In this document: positions 57,572 through 64,000 of the stretch, piece after piece | Layout of the letters: each line of letters begins with the position of its first letter | How positions within the stretch are numbered: the stretch's first letter is position 1 | Assembly (NCBI GenBank): GCA_907165135.1 | Contig: OU015567.1 | Location: 1,364,001 to 1,428,000 of the forward strand | Length of the DNA stretch: 64,000 nt | From: Oikopleura dioica | Taxonomy: Eukaryota; Animalia; Chordata | Reading direction: 5' to 3' | The notes under the pieces: generated by a model | What the model was told of the DNA's origin: nothing | What the model saw: the letters and a program-made list of their open reading frames with translations, nothing else | The model's database searches: none | Position numbers and translations under genes: made by a program

Positions 57572-58555
57572 TCTTCTCTGTTTTATAATATATTTTTTGA
57601 AAATACAAAAATTATTATTTTGAAAAAGCTCGTAATCGCGGCGGTAGATTTTGCCCGAGGGAGGGTTTGGCGACCTCAGAGCCTTTCAAGCCAATTTTGG
57701 GCAAGGTTGACAAGCAACCAGAACTTGATTTACATAACTCAGAATCGGTAATGGCATTGGCTGAAGGAAAGGCAAACTTGTTATTAATTTTTAATGTTCA
57801 GAAATTTCCTTTTTTTATAAAAAAATTTAAAACATTCAATTATTAAAAATTAATATTAAATTATTTTTATTGTTTTTATTTTTCAATCAAACTGTGGTGA
57901 AAGTATCTAAAGATCAGCAAATTGAAGCTGAAGCTCATCAAGATCTTCACCATTCAAAATTTGAGCCAGGTTTGGGAACACTGGAACGACGCGTTTTTCA
58001 ATCGGATATCGGCGGAGTGGAAAAACATGAGCGAAAAGAAGCAAAAGAACCATCATCATCTCGGTGAATCGTAAGAGGACAAAGGACCAGTAGCTTTTTA
58101 TAAGGGTCGACTGTTATTATCAATTCATGATTTTGTCGGTTTACCTGTTGATGTTGAGTTGTGTAAGTAGCAAAATCATTGTGTCGTCAAGTGAAAAGTT
58201 CTGCGGTGAGTAAATAGGTCAGTACTAATGATATTCAACAAGGTCAAAAACAAAGTGCAAACTTAATTTATCTAGAACATCGACGTAAGCTCGAAAGGGA
58301 CACTGAAAAATTGAGCCATTTCGCAAAAGTTCTGTTAACTGCCACGTCATGTTTGATTTGATAAGATGGATTTGGTAAAACCGTTTGGAGCACCCAGCAA
58401 TTTCAAACCAAAGATCCAAGATTTAAAAACACTTGTTACAAGTAGTAATTTCCAAATAATACGCGATTTTGAAGATTTAAGATCTCTAGCGCCACATGAA
58501 CTTTCAATATAAGATTTGAAATTTTCAAGAAACAAATCAGATAAATGAAAAGAAA

Positions 58556-59872
58556 ATGAAGAATATCTTTATCTTTTTTGTTAAAATTGCACTTTGCGAT
58601 CCAGCTTGGGTAAGAAAGATCTCAATTTTACAATCAAAATGACCGTTTATAGACACCGCCAGCTCGAAATGCAACTTGCGAAGATACTTTGATCGGAAGT
58701 TCTCCCCTCCGTGCGACGGATCTTCCACCTTTACCCTCGCCAGACATAGGCGCATTCAAACAATTTGAAACAGATTGCGAGACTATAGCGGACGAAGAAT
58801 TTGAAATAAAAGTGAAAGTCGAGTGCGACTTCGCTAAAATTCGAACACAGGGAGCTCATAAGTGGTCTTACATTGTTTCCACTAGCCATGTTTTTACCGT
58901 TAGAACCATATCTGAAGGTTCCCAAACTGATCCGGACTATCTTTTCCAAATTTTTATCAATAAACTTAATTGGCAAAATGACACGATTCATGTTTTCGGG
59001 GATGATGTCCGCCCTGCCAACAACCCTTCTGCTCTATATTTCCACGAGAACGATTGCACCGAAGGAGGATACATGGAAATCGTGGTCAATCAGGTAATAT
59101 CATTCTCAGACCAGAAAATAATAAAAAATGTAAAGTGGATAAGCGAAGACGGAAAAACGTACAAAAGAATGGACATCGACGGAGTTTTACGGTCGATTGT
59201 AATTTCTGATGGCAGCGAATTTTGGCTGACTTCAGGACACATCGTTGGAGGGAGCAATTCTGGATTCTTTGGACCCGACAAGGAAAAGTATGCAGTTTCG
59301 GATCTTGGAATCCAGGACTATGAGATCAGAACATTCCGACCGACGAAGCCACCAACAACGACAACCACAACAACTACGACTGCGACTACGACGAGTACGA
59401 CAACATCCGAATCTTCTACTTCAACGAGCACAACAACAACAACTACGACGACTACGACGACAACTACGACAGTTTCGGATAGAATCATAATTCTCCGTGG
59501 TCATGCGGCTGTAAGCAGAAAAAAATATTTTTTTAGAAATATTTTTTTCAGAAAATTTACAACAAAATTGCTGGCGCCGGTTTCGCAAGACGATTCGAAG
59601 GAAGAATGACCAAAATCTTCGACAAACTTGAAAGGTCCGCTACAGGAGAGGACTGCTACGAAGAAAATGGCTTTGGTGAGGAAGACGAAGACGCAGCTGA
59701 TGTCTCTGTTTTCGACGCCGAGAACATCTGCAAACTCAACAAGCAAATCAATTCCGCAATCAACAGTCAAGCAAGACATTATGCTTGCAAAGGAAGAGGC
59801 AAAGTATACCGTCAAATCATCCGATCCGCCAGAAAAGTCAAAGCATTCTTTAACGAACGGAATAACTGTTAA
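58556..59872 (+). CDS. Secreted protein with beta-rich domain, long Thr stalk and C-terminal helical Cys module
   Basis: Signal MKNIFIFFVKIALC, GT-AG intron, ORF 58689-59510 with a poly-Thr tract, last exon ...ICKLNKQINSAINSQARHYACKGRGKVYRQII...NNC*. Confidence 0.7.
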
Positions 59873-60945
59873 AAAAACTTCCCGGAATTGTCGATAATGA
59901 ACAGCATTTTCTGCTTTTAAAATTAATAAAAAACTGCATATTTCGAGTCTCTACTTTGATCAAATTCTATCTTCTATTCAAAGGTATGTTTGGCGAAACT
60001 ATGTGACCAGCCGAAAAATGGCCTTATTTTCATGCTTCTTTGAATCCCTCACGCCTGGTCTGAAAAACTCAAAAATGGCACCATGTTCAAACTCACCAAC
60101 ATTTCCGACCTTATTTTGACTTGATTGTTGCAAGATCTGGCCGGTGTCCACTATCTCTTGAGTCACGTGACTCTTCTCGAAAATACAACTCAACTATAAA
60201 AATTATGCTTTGAAGTCCTTCTCGAAGCTTTTAAAAAGTCTCATTTTATCGTCCTTAAAAATAATTATGCCAAAAAGAGAGCGAAAATCAAGAAGATCAG
60301 AAATCGTCATTGACGGTATCGAAGATGTCCTCGATAGATTTAAAGGTAATGACACTATTTGTCCCATAAAAAAAATCCGTTTTTTTCAGTTAAATTTCAA
60401 ACAAGTTCGATCTTGCGCTTGATATTAATAGTTGTCGAGAAAAGCGTATTTTAAGAGTGTTTAGCTTAGGGCTATTTTTCTCGTGATGTTCAAAGCATGA
60501 TGAAAACGTTCTCTGAGGAGAGAGCCGGCTCAGCTCGTAATTATGTCTGAAGCTGAGACGCTCACTTGACTTTTGAAGAAATTTCGTTTCAGAGATAATT
60601 TTTGAGAAGATGAGATTCAAAGGTAAAAGATTGCATTTCGCGGTCAATTTATGCCATTTGCTAGCAAACCTTTTTTGATTGTTTTTTTGTTAAGTTGACC
60701 AAGAAAAAGAACCGTTCATGAAAAATGTAACGAATCCCAAAAATTAAAGTCCCTTACTAAAGGCTTTAGTCTAAAGCTTAGTAGAGAATTGAAAGCAGAA
60801 AAATTTTATCAAGCTCAAATAGTCTAAGTTTGATAAGATACCCTTAAATTTTAACTAGAGCGAAAAACCTAACCGACCCCGACCTAGGGTGGCGATACAT
60901 AAATCGAGCCATGACTGCTTTCGACAAAATCAAATATTTTTGCAA

Positions 60946-60985
60946 CCCTAGCCCTAACCCTAACCCGAACCCTTAGGGTTAGTAA
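60946..60985 (-). repeat. Short degenerate telomere-type tract
   Basis: AACCCTAGCCCTAACCCTAACCCGAACCCTTAGGGTTAG, with CCTAACCGACCCC ~75 bp upstream (reverse complement of the GGGGTCGG flank at 20873). Confidence 0.6.
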
Positions 60986-62252
60986 CCCTGCATTTCAAAA
61001 ACACTGTCAAATTTTCAAAGAAAAATTTTTATTCCGTCTGTTGTAAATCTAGTGAGAATATTAAAGGTGAAGTGGTTTCAAGGCGATAAAAGAGGATCAA
61101 AAGAGAAAAAAGTGATTCCTCATTGTTTTCTTGTTTTCGCGCAATAAAAGCGCTCGTTGACGAGAAAGTGCTGAGTTGTCTTTAGCTCAAGTTCAAGTGG
61201 GTCTTTGGGCGATGAAGGGTGACAGTCCAAGTTTTCGAGTGTGGCGTTTAATTAGGCTCAATCGAGCTGCTCTGGGCAACGTTGGCGCCCGGCCAACATG
61301 AGTCAAAGGCGGAGGGAGAGACTCTGATCCCACTCCTCGTTTTACTTTTTCGTTTTTCAAATAGATCGATTTGACAAAAAGAGAAAAGAAAAGGAGAGAG
61401 ATTTACTGAAAAAAAACAGAGCACGGGAAAATACATATAATAACGCGCTGGGATCGATAAGAAAAAAGAGAGAGCCAATAGACAGTAAGTGAGAAACAAA
61501 TGATAAATAGTGTTAAAAATCGGCTTATTGTATTTCCTTGCTAAAAGAAACTTTCATCAAAAATCCTGAAATAAGAGTTTATTTTTAAGGAAATTTTTGA
61601 AAAAAATGCCCAAATTAAAGGACAATTTTTTTATGAAAAATAGGCCAAAAATGTCCGAAAATCGAAAAATTTCAAAATCCATTAAAATATTTAAATAAGA
61701 AAAAATGAGCGGGAGATCTCTGAAATTTTTTTCGTGAAAAAATTTTTTTTAGAAATGAACGATCAAAAAAGAACGAGCAGAGAATCTTCAATCCAGATCA
61801 CGAACAATTATCTTCAAAATGTAAGTCAACTTTCAGAAAGCTATTTTCTCGAAAAAATGCAGATTCCTATGTCGATAAAAAAAATAAGAAAAAAGCGTTG
61901 ACCTTTGAAAAGTGACCTTTTTCGAAAAGGCCTTGAAAAATTCTTGTTTGTCTTGTTTTTGACCTCAATAAAAAGTCGTCTTTTCGCCTTATGGAATGCA
62001 AAGTTAACCCAACTGTCTGTGCAAATTTGCGCAAGTTCCAGTCGCTCTCAAGGACAAACAAAAATCGCGAGAAAAAAAAGTTGTGTCACTTTTTTTTTGC
62101 TGCGACAATTTCCTAAGACGCAATTTCCTCCGAACGCGCCGCCGAGAAAATATACTGTTTATCTCACGTGACTCGAAGAACTCGAAAATTTCCTTCCTCT
62201 ATTTGAGATTTTAATTTTTGATTTTTGAAAGAGAGAATTTATTGGAGAAAAA

Positions 62253-64000
62253 ATGGTCACGGAAAGGCAAAGATCCGTTACTTTTTCTGAAGTAAGTTTT
62301 TGTCAAATTTGTCGTTTTTATTCGTATGAACATAATGTTTGGGTTATGGTTAGGGTTAGGCTTGTCAACAGGTTTTTTTAAGGACCCCCCCCGTCAGCTT
62401 TTTTCGAAAAATCAAATTTCAGAATTTTAGAATTTTGACCCCGGAAAAGGATTCTTTGGGTCGAACAACGATTTTGAGGCTTCATTTTTTGGGGGTCTAT
62501 CTCGACTCCTACACCCTCAATTAAGCATTTGAAAATTTGACTTTTAGCCGAAAATTGACGAGTTTGCCCTAATTTTGGCAGAAATATTGATTTTTCTTGG
62601 TCAAAAGTTCCTCTTATCAGTTTTTTGTAGCAAGTTTAACCTTAACGCATTAAGAACAAAAAATATGGGGTTTATAGAAATTTTCATTTTTCGAAGGTAA
62701 AAGCTGACGGGGGTTCCTTAGTAAACATGCCGACACCCTTATTTTTCATTTTTGATTTTTAAAAATTTGCTAATTGGAACCAGTCTAAAATTTAGAATCT
62801 AAATATAAGATTCTATAAATAAAAAAGATAAAAATAAATAATCGCTATTAATAAACACTCTGAAAATAAAACTCCAATAATCTGGGAAGTAATTCGTCAT
62901 TCGAGGAGACAGTAGTCTTTTGTCAAAGTCAATAAAATCGGACACTGGACGTCAGACAATAAAATAACTATTTGCTTATCAACTCATGGCCAATTTCAAA
63001 ACGTCAATTTTTTAATTGGACTTTCATCATTTTGTCTGGACAAATCTTTGAGAAGATTCAACTTTTGTCTCGTCTGATTTTAGAATGGTGAAAGAAGTTG
63101 ACCGCTCAGAAAATTCATGAAATAAACTTTCTTTTCCGGAATAATTCAAAAGCAGACTTTCAAAGCCGCTTTTCCTGAATATTTCATTCCGTCCAGACAA
63201 TCGGGCTTTGAAATAATTTAACAGTAACTGTAGCTAGTCTTCGCAATATTGCTCCCGCTCCCCAGGGAGCTCGCCCCGGGCAATGATCTTCATTAACAAC
63301 GCTGCTCCCGAAGAGAGAAAAAAATGAAATTGGTTGTTTGAAAACTCGGGCTAAATCGGCCTTTTTTGTACTTTTGAGAAAAGAGACAAAGGCGACTCTT
63401 TTAAACGAAGATTTTCAGGTCTCGACGCACAAGAAGATGACGAATGATGAGAGCGCCTCTTTGAGTAAGTATTTTTTATGATTTTTTTCAATAATTATTT
63501 TTGAAATAATGATTTTTTATGAAAAATTTGGATTTTAAGTTTTCGCGATTTTGATTCGTTGATTTTACTAATAAATCCTTCTGATTGGCTTAAGGCAAAT
63601 TTTCCCCAATATTATCGTCTCAATTTTTTGTTCAGTGCCTCCAGTCGAGCGGCAAGCTCTGAATTTGAAGAAAGTTGACAATCGCGAAAGTCCTTACAAA
63701 TTCAACCATCTTCCGAAGCGGCATCCCTGCACAATCGAATTTAATCAACTCAGTTATTTCGTCCCTGAGGGATCAATCTTTCACGACAAGGGATTCAAGG
63801 TAACTTGCCAATTAACAATTGTCAACGCCTCTTTTGAACTTCACAAATGACGTAGTTCGAAATTCATTTTTCAGACAATTCTCAAATCCGTTTCTGGCTC
63901 CTTCCGAGCAGGAGAACTGACCGCGGTCATGGGTCCTTCCGGCGCTGGCAAATCGACTCTTCTCAACATCCTAGCCGGCTACAAAGAGCTCGGCACTCGC
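62253..64000 (+). CDS. ABCG1: ABCG1/ABCG4 (white-family) ABC half-transporter, 5' part; runs off the window
   Basis: [10 protein letters not shown]...[39 protein letters not shown] (Walker A). In-frame exons from ATG 62253 via GT-AG introns 62292-63418 and others. ABCG1 and ABCG4 cannot be separated. Confidence 0.9.
62382..62717. mobile_element. GGACCCCCC-family MITE in the first ABCG intron
   Basis: TTAA|GGACCCCCCCCGTCAGCTTT ... AAAGCTGACGGGGGTTCC|TTAG, with internal TCTATCTCGACTC. Confidence 0.88.

Noticed and set aside
57870-58535. Short ORFs between the METTL24-like gene and the 58.5-kb gene
   Set aside because: No coherent splice model or motif; insufficient support.
59999-62200. Short ORFs and possible TTAA-bounded element near 60437-60846
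   Set aside because: The ORFs lack coding features and the candidate termini match too weakly to call.

Overview
Compact, AT-rich eukaryotic DNA, inferred to be the larvacean tunicate Oikopleura dioica or a close relative. The inference rests on 35-70 nt introns, frequent GA/GC/GG-AG introns, TTAGGG tracts and lineage-typical Cys-rich and beta-propeller proteins; no database search was run. About 30 genes or pseudogenes are present. Recognisable ones are a class II muscle myosin heavy chain, ACADVL, an M14A carboxypeptidase with a hydrophobic tail, a GT31 glycosyltransferase, an EF-hand protein, a METTL24-like methyltransferase, a two-domain C-type lectin, CUB and ZP-module proteins, and the 5' end of an ABCG1/4-type transporter. 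A ~6-7 kb tandem duplication (~13.9-27.3 kb) holds two EGF-ZP-propeller paralogues and two pseudogene fragments. At least 15 small non-autonomous DNA transposons have readable termini and target-site duplications (TSDs): hAT-type 8 bp, Tc1/mariner-type TA and Kolobok-type TTAA. The main signal is an apparent transposon-to-intron continuum. Three young elements sit inside coding exons, and each has a frame-preserving splice solution using a donor in its own terminus. Many fixed non-canonical introns keep short terminal inverted repeats and junction direct repeats with the same geometry. All splicing calls are predictions from DNA alone. The assembly probably has 1-nt homopolymer deletions, so some exon boundaries are uncertain.
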